A stretch of DNA of 62,839 bases, counting the filler, from Collodictyon triciliatum (taxonomy: Eukaryota): the NCBI GenBank assembly GCA_043381765.1. It is 4 parts of 4 records of this genome, joined end to end, with 100 filler letters (N's around TTAATTAATTAA, not from the genome) between each part and the next. Parts side by side here need not be neighbours in the genome. Positions count along the whole stretch, not along the records: positions 39,833 to 50,930 come from JBHJMP010001017.1; positions 51,031 to 62,839 come from JBHJMP010001023.1; 2 more parts are not named here. The stretch is one strand, 5' to 3'. The position numbers and the translations under genes are program-made. Shown here one piece after another: positions 45,967 through 58,151 of this stretch. Within the stretch, counting starts at the first letter, position 1, and the number at the start of each line of letters is the position of its first letter. The notes beneath the pieces were generated by a model that had not been told where the DNA came from, searched no databases, and worked only from the letters and a program-made list of their open reading frames with translations.

Positions 45967-47765
45967 GATTGATCCAATAGAGAGCCTTGGGTACCCCTGG
46001 AAAAGTCAAAAGAGAACAGCTGACTTCAAGAGCAAATGAATTGCATATGACGAAGAGACAAAAATCAGCCGCGTTTTTTTTTTTAGTTGCTTTCGCGTGG
46101 AGGGCAGAATTATGTACCCTCATATAACTCATTTTCCTTCTTTTTTAAATAAAATAAAATGAATCTCCAAAACACAACAAAACAAGGCAAAACAGAAAAT
46201 AAAACCAGACATAGAGAAAACAGAAAAAAGAAAACCCAAACATTCGAAGAGTAAAAAAGAAAAGGGAAAATGGTATATGAAAAATAGGGGCGTTGCTGCG
46301 GGTGTCTGGCCAAGCTTCCAGAGCCGCCTGTGCTGATTGGGATCGGCACGAGTCGCGAAAAGTCCTCTTCGCGCCACATCAGAGCACCATTGATGACAAC
46401 TTCCAAAGGCAGTAAAATGGAGTATTAATTCTCCTTATGTGGACAATATTGCATTTAAGTATTTGAGTGCGTCAAGTACAAGCCGGCTCTGTCGGATCTC
46501 ACGAAACTGCATCAAAATAAATCATATCTATCTATCCATTAATCAACCAATCAGTCAATCAAAAAGTATCAACAAGTATCAACAAATCAACAAATCCGAT
46601 GATTTAATCATCATCTCATCGCATTAAATGCCTCATTTGTGAGGCCGTGTTCAGTTTTGAGTGCGATACAACAAGCATCAACACACCATCCGGAAGATTA
46701 TGAGGCGGGATAAAATCCCTGATACTTACTACAACTAACCCCATCAAGATGTCCTCGAGAACGTTGATTTGGGGTAGAGAGATAGATGTTAGGTCATGAA
46801 AACAAATAGGAATCTCTTAGCGCTTGAATCGAAGCAAGGAGAAGGGAAAAAAAGAATATTAAGGGATTGTGTGATTTCTCTATCCCATATAGCAAAAACG
46901 TCCAAGTGAGTAAATATCACCAATGCTTCGTTTTGCCGCATGGAATATGTGGCTGTGGCAGAACCCACGCTCGAAACTGGCAGGTGCATTCCACAAGTGG
47001 CATCATTCCAACAAAATTAGACTGGTGTGTGTGGCAGATGGGTTGTGTTCGTCGCCCAGGACTGATATGACGCAGTGAGTTTTTTTTCTCCTGTTGATCT
47101 GGCGAGAGGGCCCACCTCCTTTACACATGAGTTGTAAGTTAATGCCATTCTTTGGAATACTTGCTCGGTGGTGGAAAAAAATAATTAACGCCACGGGCAC
47201 CGCAAAGTCTGTTAGGAAGAATGACATAAACTTTTTTCCACATGAATATACGTGACACGGGTGCCCAGTATTTGAAAACTTTCTTGTGGAACAGACTTAA
47301 GTTCAGAAGTACCTGGAAAATGATATGACGATAAACTTGCTTTGTTTTCTTTCGGTTCCAGTTACCCGGGAAAGACAGAGTCTTTTTTTTTTTTTTTTAC
47401 CTTTCGAATGGAGTTTTGGAGAGATTTGACCGACATAGCTATGGCTGCGCACCGGCAAAAGGTTTTTTTTCTTTTCTTTCTTTGTTCCACTCGCCATTTA
47501 GATGTCTGCACAAAGTAAAAAGTGGAGGAAAAAAAAGGTTCTCTTCTGAAACCAGGCACACACTAACCGAATGAGTCTTTGAAGTTAGAATACACGTAAA
47601 CAACTAGTGCATTTTCTTTCATGTTAACCAAGGCGGCCCGATTATAAATATGTAACCCGATTCTACTGGTTATTCGCCATTAGTCTATATATCAATACTT
47701 AAACATTTTCTTTTTTCTTTTATAAGATAAATCAGGTACAGGATAATTTCAATAGATCCTGCGCC

Positions 47766-50700
47766 ATGAAAGCATCAAGAGGACTGGAAAACCCGTCCAT
47801 CGCACAAACATTAAATGTATGAAACCTGTTAAACATTCAAGATCGTGTTATTATTTGAATCCGAAGTCAGCGTGTTTATCAAAAAAAAAATTAAGAGTAA
47901 TTATGCGTTTATTAATTTCCTGTTTTTTTAAACTTTGGTAATTTAATTTGTCTTTATTATGTGGATTTTAAAATAAGTCGACAAAAACATCGCTTGCCAA
48001 AACCTCCACCATGTTGCACAAAATGAGAGGAAGAATAAAAAAATTATTTATTCATAGAAGTTATGCTTGATTCAACTTCATGCATTTTTTTTCATTTTTA
48101 ATTCTTCAGGGAATCAAAAACTTATGGAACTTTCTGGAAAAATTCACTGAGTACATCCAACCTCTTAAGGTGAACATAGATGGTGAGTGATATTCATAAG
48201 CAAGAAATTATGAATAACTCCAAATATTTGCTAAAGTGTTAATTAAATATCTTTACTGCTTTAGCTATCAGGACCAGTCTACAAGACTTGGATTTTTTCG
48301 TAGCATCAGCAGACCTCCCAGACTGTGACCGCTTCTGTACTCTCATGATACCTAATCTACTTCATCTACATTATGGTGCATCTAAATGAGGATGCATTCA
48401 ACTTAATCAACATATTATCTTAATCGGGTTAAAAATTCAGTGGAGGCCGTAAAAGTGTTCGTAAAGACTCAAGCTGACCTAGCGGAATATTTTTCAGAGA
48501 TGGTTGGTGCTTTTCCACAATAATATTGAGTCCAATTGAGATTTTCATAGCTTTTATTTAATTTTTTTGTATTAAGTCAAAGACACGCTCACACAAAAAA
48601 AAAAAAAAAAGGCTCAATATTACCACTTCATTATTCAGATTTTACCAGCATTAGAGTCAGTTTCAGAATCACACCAAGCTAATTCAACTATTTATACAAC
48701 ACTTCAGGTTTGCGAAATAGTTAAGTAAAATATACTTTTCTTTTTATTTAAACCTCCATTTCAAAAACACTTGAATTATAAGAGAGTTGCCTTTAACTTG
48801 CAGGAATCGAAATTAAATTACCAAGCTATGGTCGAAAAAACATCAAATATTTCTGAAGAAATGTATATTTTGATAGAATTTCTCTTTTGAATCATATTTT
48901 TATTTTCATTAAAATTAATTGAATTAATGAAGTGTATTATAATTATTAGTATCAGTATTAGTTTTAGTTTTAGTTTTAGTTTTAGTTTTAGTTTTAGTTT
49001 TAGTTTTAGTTTTAGTTTTAGTTTTAGTTTTAGTTTTAGTTTTAGTATTAGTATTAGTTTTAGTTTTAGTATCATCATCTCATTTTTTTCCTTTATTCTA
49101 GTATCATCATCTCATAATTCGTTAATTACACATAGGCCTCCACCATCCGATTCTTTGGATGTAAAGAATAAAAAAAAATTGATTGATTATAATTACTTGA
49201 TGAGACAATCATTTGTCTAACATCACGCATATCTTGTAATTCTTAACATTTAATTGTTGCATAAATGTCAGGACCCTACCATCTATTCTGGGCGCAATCT
49301 CATCGGTATGCTTTATAACTTTCCAAAATAAATGTACCAATATATGTCACACATCAAAGCTCCATCAAACCATCCTAACCTATCTGACCTATATGTAGAG
49401 TCTGGATTTGAATTTTCACTTCGTATGCAATCTAATATCTTACTTTCGACTGCTTCCATTTTACATTCCGAGGTTTTCTAATCAATAAATTCTTTGATGC
49501 ATGAAAAAATTACCGAATATTGAAAATTAATCTGTTTAACGTAACTCTTAATTAAGTTTTTTTCAAAAAGTATTTATACCGACCCATAAACACACACAAA
49601 ATACCATTTTAGTTAGAATTTCTAGGGGAAAGCCAAAACTTTGTCAAACAAAGGCAGGATTCTTTCCTCTATTACGTCGGAAGCTTCATAGAGCCGGTAG
49701 TTTGGATTATGAGATAAAAAAGTGTACAGTTTTAAATAATTAAGGTATAAATCCTTGTAAATTAATGATAGGTAAATATACTCGAGCAAAAGCAGAAACT
49801 CAATAGGCAAGATTTTAACATCATTATCACAATTGTTTTCCCTTATTTGATTCAAAGATCATTATCACAATTTAAAACAATTTTATTCATACTTTACTAA
49901 GTACGAAGATATTCATACACTAATCCAAAAATCCTACACAAAACTATGATGCGTAATTCAAATATAAAGACAACCAGGTGAGCCTTTTTTTTAAAAAAAA
50001 ATATTTGAACGTATTAACTTTGTCCCCAATAAAAAATTTTTTGGAATTTTGTTCTAGTATCGACAGCCAAACTTTTTTTTTTTTTTTTTTTGCAAACTCA
50101 CTTTCAAATAAAATAACAATTATTACAGTACAAGCTCAAAAACTATCTAAAATGGTGACGGAAAACAAGATGGAATTTTCAAAGAATTCTAGACACAGTC
50201 CCCTTCGTAATAGCTTGCAAGTGATGATTGCGTCGTTCAAGGAGCACAATTTTCAACAATATTCACTAAGTGGAGGGAACTCTCTAGCTGCTAGTTCTTC
50301 CCTTGGTACGGAATTGTGGAACAGAACAGAGGAAGCCAAAACGGTGAAAGTATTATCACCGAGAGATTTGACTCCCAAACCAGACACCCCGAGACATACA
50401 AAGCATTTTAATGAGTGCCAGGTTATTGAGACAGGGCAGTCTCCACAGCATGGGCAGACTCAACTACAACCTTTATCACCATCAACAAAACCGAAAATCT
50501 CGAAGGCTATGATGGAGACAGATATGCTAATGTCCCATCCCCGCTCTCGGCGAAGTGAAAGTGTTTCCAATCATGCTAGCGTTCAAACACATGACATTCC
50601 TCTCGCAATTCGTCGGTGTGTGGAGTATATAACTGCTCGAGGTAAATAGAATATTCAAAAATTCTATCATATTGATAGAAATACAAATTTTTATCCATCT

Positions 50701-50810
50701 GTGATATATAAGGATGCTTACAAAATACAAAGGTTTGAAAGAAGAAGGAATATTTCGGGAATCTGGGTCAAAGGTTGAGATAAATGCAATTTATTCGATG
50801 TTTCAGAGAG
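47766..50810 (+). CDS. RhoGAP-domain protein with a helical (possibly BAR-like) N-terminus; 3' part lost in a gap
   Basis: DIPLAIRRCVEYITAR|GLKEEGIFRESGSKVEIN with the arginine finger. Upstream small helical exons. The start codon is uncertain. Confidence 0.75.
48950..49070. repeat. (TTTTAG)n microsatellite, intronic
   Basis: Read directly. Confidence 0.9.
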
Positions 50811-50837
50811 GTATGCATTTTATATTCGTATTTTAAC

Positions 50838-50930
50838 ATACATACATACATACATACATACATACATACATACATACATACATACATACATACATACATA
50901 CATACATACATACATACATACATACATACA
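50838..50930. repeat. (CATA)n microsatellite at a contig end
   Basis: Read directly. Confidence 0.95.
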
Positions 50931-51030
50931 NNNNNNNNNNNNNNNNNNNNNNNNNNNNNNNNNNNNNNNNNNNNTTAATTAATTAANNNNNNNNNNNNNN
51001 NNNNNNNNNNNNNNNNNNNNNNNNNNNNNN
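50931..51030. other. Artificial contig-join spacer N44-TTAATTAATTAA-N44
   Basis: Identical to the other two spacers. Confidence 0.95.
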
Positions 51031-51515
51031 GCATTTAAAAAAAAAAAAGCAAAAAACCTTTTTAATAACAGAGGAATCTCTTCCCGGGAAAAAAAAAAAA
51101 AAAAAAAAAAAAAAGATTTTTCGCCAGGTGCCATTGGCAACTTTTCCCCACGACGAGCTACAACCTTTGCAGCACAACAACCGCACGATAATTAACGTGG
51201 GTGATACGCGAAGCGATGTTCAATTATACCCGCCAGCGAACAAAATGATGCACATGCAGAAAAAAAAAATAGTTGCGACTATTCGGCGAAGTTGAGCAGA
51301 AAGATACTCAAGGACCATATTTGGAATTTATTTTTTTCGGTTTCGGGGCGAGCATCCCGTTTTCCAGAGAGACCTTGGAGCCTTGCTGCGCTCAGACCTT
51401 GATATGCAGGTTGAAGGCGACCTTCCCTGCAAGGAGACCGGCCTTCATTATGTTTGCCTGAACTTCGTGTCTGACTTCCTTTGCCGCCGATATCTATAGA
51501 GGTAAGCATGTCTAT

Positions 51516-51648
51516 TCAATCCCTTGCAAGGCGAGCGTTTAGGGAGAGGCGCAAAACAGTGGTTGGTGCTGTGTCTTGATTGCGTTTGGTGAGCATATCG
51601 AGCAGAAGAGGGCGTAGCTTAAATATGGTGTTCATTTCTTTTTGTTTT

Positions 51649-51687
<39 letters not shown>

Positions 51688-54600
51688 TCGTTTTGGTTTG
51701 ATTTAGTATGTTTGATAGCGCACGAACCATGAGCCCTTCGCTGTCGTAGTACGGGGATGTTGGGTAGTCGCACTCGGCGAGAATCGGGCCGAGTAATTGG
51801 GATAAGTAGACGACTGAATCACCCAGTTGCCCGTCGGAGATGCGTGTTGTGTGATACGACAGAAATAGATACGGGTTGCGGTAGATTTCTGACAGGCTAA
51901 TAGTCACAGAAACTGGCGGATGGAAGCTAGTTGACAGGGCATCGATGTGCACAAATAAAAGTTGAAAGGGGTTTGCTTTCAGTTTTGATTCCTCTGGGCC
52001 ACGCTGTTGTCATAAAACACATGGTAGTTAAGAGTTTCTTCAAGAACAAATCAAAATGGCTGAAACCTTGGAGATTCTGGACGGTGGCGGTGCGTGATGC
52101 TGGATGACTTGCAAGTGTGCAGAGCAAGATATATCCCTGCTGTGCTCTCCATACTCGGATAACTAAATGATTGAGCATGTAGCAAAGTATGGCACTTAGT
52201 TTAGACACCAAATGTTGAATTAATGGCCGACTATGATTCATAACCAGTGCAATGTTGATGTTGTATTCAAAAATATATATGCTATTCTCAATTGATTGGT
52301 TAATTTTATGATTGGAGTTTTAACAAAGGAAAATCGTTCGGCATTTAAATGTAAGGTTATAGTACGTGATGTTGATGTCACTAATCACAAAATTGATGTA
52401 GCGGACGTCTCCCAAATCAATAGGAGGAAGCGTGTTGTACGTAAATTTGAAGATGGCAGAAACTGGGATATGGTCTGACGTGCGAATCTCAGTGTCGCTG
52501 GTATACTCTACCAGTGTGAATGGACGGTCATTCATAGACCTCCACATCACTCTGTCACAATAAGAAGGGGTACGGGGCTTTGTTCTGTCAAAGTTTGATG
52601 TCCCCTAGAAATATTTTTGTTTTCAATATTTTATTTACTTTACTTTACTTTGTATTCTCCGCCAATGAAAACATTAATGCATGGATAATCTACATCTCCA
52701 TGGTTCTATGTAATATTATTCATAGCGATACCAAAGATATTTACCCTTTCAAATTTGTAAGTAGGTGTAAATGTAATATCTCCTTCCTGGAACTCATACA
52801 GAATAAGGCCTTTCTTGTGATTTGCACGCATCTATATGGCGTTTGAGCATTTGAACGCATGAAAGTATTGTTATTTAACACGTCCTCCAATTAACAGCAA
52901 GTCAAAATAAATATTGGAATATGATACATTCCCTCAAATAAATAAAAATAATAATCATGATAATACAAATAAAAGATAAAATATAAAAAAAAGGCGAAGT
53001 GGCTTTTTTTTTTTTACCTGGTCGTGCTCCAAAAGCTCGTTGATTTTTTTGCTTTCAGCCAACGATATAGCCTGGTCGCGGTCCATGTCTATGCGATAGT
53101 TGTAATCCCCGAGAATAACCGAGTGATGGAATTGTGTTGGGAACGAAACATAAGGATTTCCAAATGTCATTTCCTTGATGATATCCTGCAAATCAGAGTT
53201 TCTTTGCTCTACTTTCTCTGCGTGAGGCGTCAGATGACAGCAAATAAAGCACATTTTCGTGTCGTAGAATTGGAACGAGACTCCCACGGCTCCTTTGTTG
53301 AAGTTCAGTCCACCAGCGCCGGTCACTTCTCGGCTGGTTTGTATGTCCGTGAGATAGTCTTCATGTTCATTTTTGACTAGGACAATCATACGAATGCCTG
53401 CAAGACCCGTCATGTTGGGAATCGCCTTTGTTCCTCCACTGACGATGTTCGCAAGTATCTGAGACCCGCTTGGTGTTGAGTTTGAGGCCATCGAGAATAT
53501 GCTATCATTTTCTTCTTCCCACACAGTGTTTGCCGGCTTTACGGACGTTGGTGCCTCGAGGATGCTCATTTGAGCAGCTATGACGTACTTTGATCCAAGA
53601 GTGTTTTTGACATGTAAGAAAAATATCTCCTCTGATGTTTGATCGGTTTTTCCTAGTTTAAATTCACACTCCTGGACTCCAATCACATAAATGTCATGGT
53701 CGCCACTTGGGTTGAGCCAGCTTCTCAGATCAGACGGAGGCATACTGAGTCCAAGGTTCCAGGTTCCGACAAAGACACCGCCAGACGAAATATTAACAGT
53801 TTTTCTGTGACTCTTGCCGATGGCACCAGCACCAAGTGTAGGCCAGATAAATTCCTTTTGGTTCTAAACGTGAATATACGTTCATTAATGGCAACTCTTC
53901 GAAATAAAACAATAAAACGATGATGAATTATTGTTTCCTCTCGGTGCAACACAACAATTTTTTCGCATATGTGTCAATTCAAGATATTTTCTCATAAAAA
54001 TATGTATAATACAAACGAAAAGGAAAATAACCGAGAATGCGAATTTAATATCTGGTTAGCTTTTTTTTTTAAAAAAAAAAACCTCCGAAAAAGAAAACCG
54101 GCCCTCTCTTGGCGATAGCGACCTTGTCAATGGCTCACTGGCAACAAGGGACTTTGTAAGCACCGCTGCTTCTTCAAAATACTTTGCCTGTAATTTATAT
54201 TATTACTATTACTATTATTATTTGTTAAATTGCATTTTCTTTTTCAAAAACAATACTTGATAGTTTAATTATTCATAAATAAAATGAATCTAATCCTTTG
54301 GACGAAATATAACTGCAATAAAAAAAAAAAGGCGAATGTTGTTAATCATCATGGTCTCACCTGGGCTTGAATCAGAGAAGACAAATGGGTTTGTAAGAGC
54401 TCTGAACGGGATTGATGGATAACACGAAGTTTGCCAGTCATTTCCAATTTCAATGCTTGAAGGCGCTCATTGGTGTCAGTGAGCTGTTGTTGGGCTTGCA
54501 GGTATTTCGGATCAGACTCTGGAGTGGATTTCTTTGTCATTTCATCTATTTTCATTCGGTAGATGTTAAACTCGCTAAAACAAGATTTAAACTGTTGGAG

Positions 54601-55581
54601 CTGCTCGTTGGCAGGTATGAGTTGTTGATTGATAAACTGGTTGACGTGTCCAATCAAGTGGCTTTCAGCTTTTGACATACATGCGATATACAATTTCTAT
54701 TCAACCCTGATTTTAGTCACATTTTCCAAAGAAAAAAGATTACATAGGAGAATGGATGATAACTATCAGAATTCAAGTCGATGTGCAAGCAAATGTACAT
54801 GAAAAAACAGAGAAGAAAGTATGGACAAAATGAAATGAATGATGGTGAATATACCTTGAGTGATTCTTGGGAGTGAACAAAAGATGTGGCGAAAGGAGGC
54901 GCGGTTAATCCAATGTCCATCAGTATCCTGGACACGTCTTGAAGCAATGGCACGTATTTGCCTTTGGTTGCTCGTGTGCATGCAGTCAACAATCGAGAAT
55001 AAATCAGACGCGTTTCGTAGAACTGATCCATCAGCTGCCTCAACTCTGGTGTTATCTAATGTGCAATTACTCCTTTTAAATCGGGTAGTCTGTTGTCGAA
55101 CAGTTTTTTTTTGTTTTCTTTTAAGAAGCGTAGCATACACAATATGTGGCTTTGGATTTAGAAAATTTTTTGTTAAGATGACTGGGGAAAGAAAAAGTAA
55201 GCATATTTCTATACATATAAGAAGGGGAAGAAAGGGAAGCATCCAAAGAACTTACCTCATCTTCCAGATCGAGTGTTGTCTTAGACTTCAAGTAAGCCTC
55301 CGTGACGATCTGCCGGGCGCTGTTAACAGACTCCTTTGCAGCCTCCGCTCCTTTCTTGCTCACTTCCAAAGCTTTTTGACCAAACTCTTTGAATTTCTAT
55401 TTCCCACTCACAGATATTTTAGTTTACAGTGGAATGAGGATGACTACTTGCACATGACGGCACACTCATTCATGCGTCAGAGCTGAGTTGTTTTCCGATA
55501 TAATTAGCAATAAACCGTGAGAGAGGATGAGAGAGGATGAGAGAAATGAGAAGATATAAAGAACATATTATATACCTTCAT
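51516..55581 (-). CDS. Inositol polyphosphate 5-phosphatase with an N-terminal BAR-like domain and a C-terminal C2-like region
   Basis: FVGTWNLG; DIYVIGVQE; NKGAVGVSF; FICCHL; GDYNYR; ITFTPTYKF; PSYCDRV; TSDHIPV. Upstream helical exons end LQTHLSSLIQAQ|AKYFEEA, a BAR helix-3 pattern. Start (MK|KFKEF) and end are inferred. Confidence 0.85.
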
Positions 55582-56292
55582 TTAAAGCCGGGCTGTTTCT
55601 GTGGATCAGGGCCTTACTTCGGGGGATGACTATGTGAACGATCGGTGACTTTGGGTTCAAACTTACTATTTGCTCTACAAACACGTTTTGATTCACGCCT
55701 CAGCCCGATCGCTGTTTGCTGACAAGAGAATCCACAACCAAACAGACCCTGCGACTGTGTGGTTGGGTTTGACTCGCACTTGCTTGGGGATGGACAAACA
55801 ATCGGGAGCAAACACAGAAGGCTATTGCGTGTTTTCTGCATGTTTTCCCAGCAGGGTTGCGCTCTTCAACTCTGATTGGATGGCCTTTGAATCGAATAAA
55901 GGAGAAAAATAAAAACTCTGGTCGGGTGGCAAGAGGCGGGTTTGTGTGGCGGGTTATAGCAGAAGAACCGCGGTACTCTGTCATGCCCCAAACTAGTTCT
56001 TCCCTCTAAGCAGGATATGTGTACCCATTGCCCATATATGTATTTCAGGTACACTCTCACAATGCCGATTATTTCTTGTTCGCCTGACGCGCCTCCCTTT
56101 GTGGCGGTGCAAACGTTCATGCGAATTATAGCTGGTGGTGGGATGGTAATTGGACTCGATGATTGAGGCTTTGCCCCATTTTTCTTTTAATATGTCAATT
56201 TTTTTTATTATTATTATTATTTCAAACAAATATGATAGAGGCCTTTTGCATTTTTTTCTTTGGTTTTTGGGTGTGAAAGGGAAAGCTTGGGG

Positions 56293-57581
56293 TCATGCAG
56301 TTGTACCTCGATTAGAGTTTGCCTTTGGGAGCGTTTGCTTCATCCAAAGGATAAGTTGGTCAACACCAAGATGGCGAAATGAGCCATGGCCGGATGAAAC
56401 GAATGTTGCAAACAATTGTAATGGTGCGACGCTGGCTGAGTTTGGAAAGTTCAATCGCTGTAAGGTGAGAAAATGAAGACAATCAGTCATAGACCCAACT
56501 GAACGAGAATAAGAGAAAAAAAGAAAAACAAATAAAGGGTGAAACGTAGGAAGAAAATTACAATCATATTTTACTTTCTCAAGTTCTTCGAGAGTGAAAT
56601 CTTGGAGCAGGTCGCATTTATTGAAGCATACACACATCGGGCGATACATAAGTTCCTGGACTTGCGTAATCTGCTTCAATACAAATGTTGACTCTTCCCA
56701 ATGGTCTACTGCCGCAGAGGCTATTTACGTAGGGTATTTTTTTTGTTTTGAGATTTCATCGCATTCCTTGAAGGTCAAGATGTAAACATTCTGTGAAAGG
56801 ATAATATCATGCTTACCATCCACGACAAAAACCACAGCGTCGGCATGTAAAAGATAGTTTGACCATTTTTCTCTATGCCCAACTTCACCTATTAAATACA
56901 AACATACTTAAAACTAAAAGAGTTGCCGAGTTATGGGTTGCAGTATTCATTTGGTTGGCTAGTCACGGCATTTCCTAACATCGCGATATTTTGCCTTCTT
57001 CACTCAATATCAATAATAATGCATTTTTGGCGGCATTTATGGAACCCATAAAGAATACGTATGGAATACATATAATGACCTGGAAGATCCACAATTCTAA
57101 TGTTCATAGAGTCGAAACGCACATAGGCCTCGTTGGGTGTGAATGTAGGAAATAATGGCATCTGGACTCGAGCGGGGTCATAGAGGCGACATATTTCGTT
57201 AAAGATACATGTCTTTCTGCGTTGAATTTGTGTGATTTGAGTGAATACTATATGATTGTTTTGATATACATCCACGATGGGAGAATACTGTGTAAAAGTC
57301 GAACATAATAATTGTATTGCTTTTATTGAAGAGGTTGACCTCGTGCATATAGGAAGAGAAAAAGAAAAGAATATGAGAAGCAAGGAAGCAAGGAAAATAG
57401 GCGAATACTCTGAATCATTTGCTTTTGAAGTTAATTATTGGTGGTAAAAAAAAATAACCCGAAGAGACAAATAAAGATAAAGGGTGCCGACAAACCCTGT
57501 TCGCTGGAAGCCGACTATGCAAACTAGATACTCTGGTCGGTAAGTTAAGATTTTGTATGCATAACGCAGAAGTGCAAACAT
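56293..57581 (-). CDS. Divergent Arf-like small GTPase, ARFRP1/Arl3p-like
   Basis: MFALLRYAYKILTYRPEYLVCIVGFQRTG|KT (cf. ARFRP1 MYTLLSGLYKYMFQKDEYCILILGLDNAGKT); DLP|GE; WSNYLLHADAVVFVVD; NKCD; GVDQLILWM. Confidence 0.8.
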
Positions 57582-58034
57582 AATTGATACAGTAGAGCAG
57601 ATCAACTGGCGCAACGAAGGGACTGGTGGCTTCACCAAAGACCCACACAAAGACTGGTGCTTTTTCTAGACTTTTACATGATTATTCCTCTTTTATACAT
57701 ATCGTCATTAATGGCATTTCAGTGCAAGGAGAGAGCAAACTGACCCAAGTAGTGCTTGTTGGAAAAAGAAGGAAAAAAAAGGGAAAACGAAAGAAAATAT
57801 AGAAAAATAATGAGAAAAAGATTATAAAGGGAAAAGGGAAGCAAAACAACGATCGACAAAAAAAGTGAATATTCTCGTTTCAGTTTCAGCGAGGATGTTG
57901 TTTGTGAGGTATTTGGTTGCTCGGGTGGCGTTTCGTGTCAAGAAAGCTGTCGATAATCATTCACAACATTCTTGGTGCTAACTGGATTTGTTTGTATAGA
58001 GTAATAATTTTTTTTCCTTTATTGATTGTATAGA

Positions 58035-58035
<1 letters not shown>

Positions 58036-58105
<70 letters not shown>
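58036..58105. repeat. (AAT)n microsatellite
   Basis: Read directly. Confidence 0.95.
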
Positions 58106-58107
<2 letters not shown>

Positions 58108-58151
58108 AGGGGTCATAGGAAACGTAAGCAGGTGCATTTTTCCCTAGCGAT

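Noticed and set aside
46600-47250. Short ORFs between PAK and RhoGAP
   Set aside because: No consistent exon chain or motif was found.
48950-49070. (TTTTAG)n as an interstitial telomeric repeat
   Set aside because: It lacks a G-run, grades into TATTAG/TATCAG, and is intronic like the other SSRs.
51031-51500. Possible plus-strand terminal exons of the RhoGAP
   Set aside because: The frame and identity cannot be resolved, and the region lies across an artificial join.
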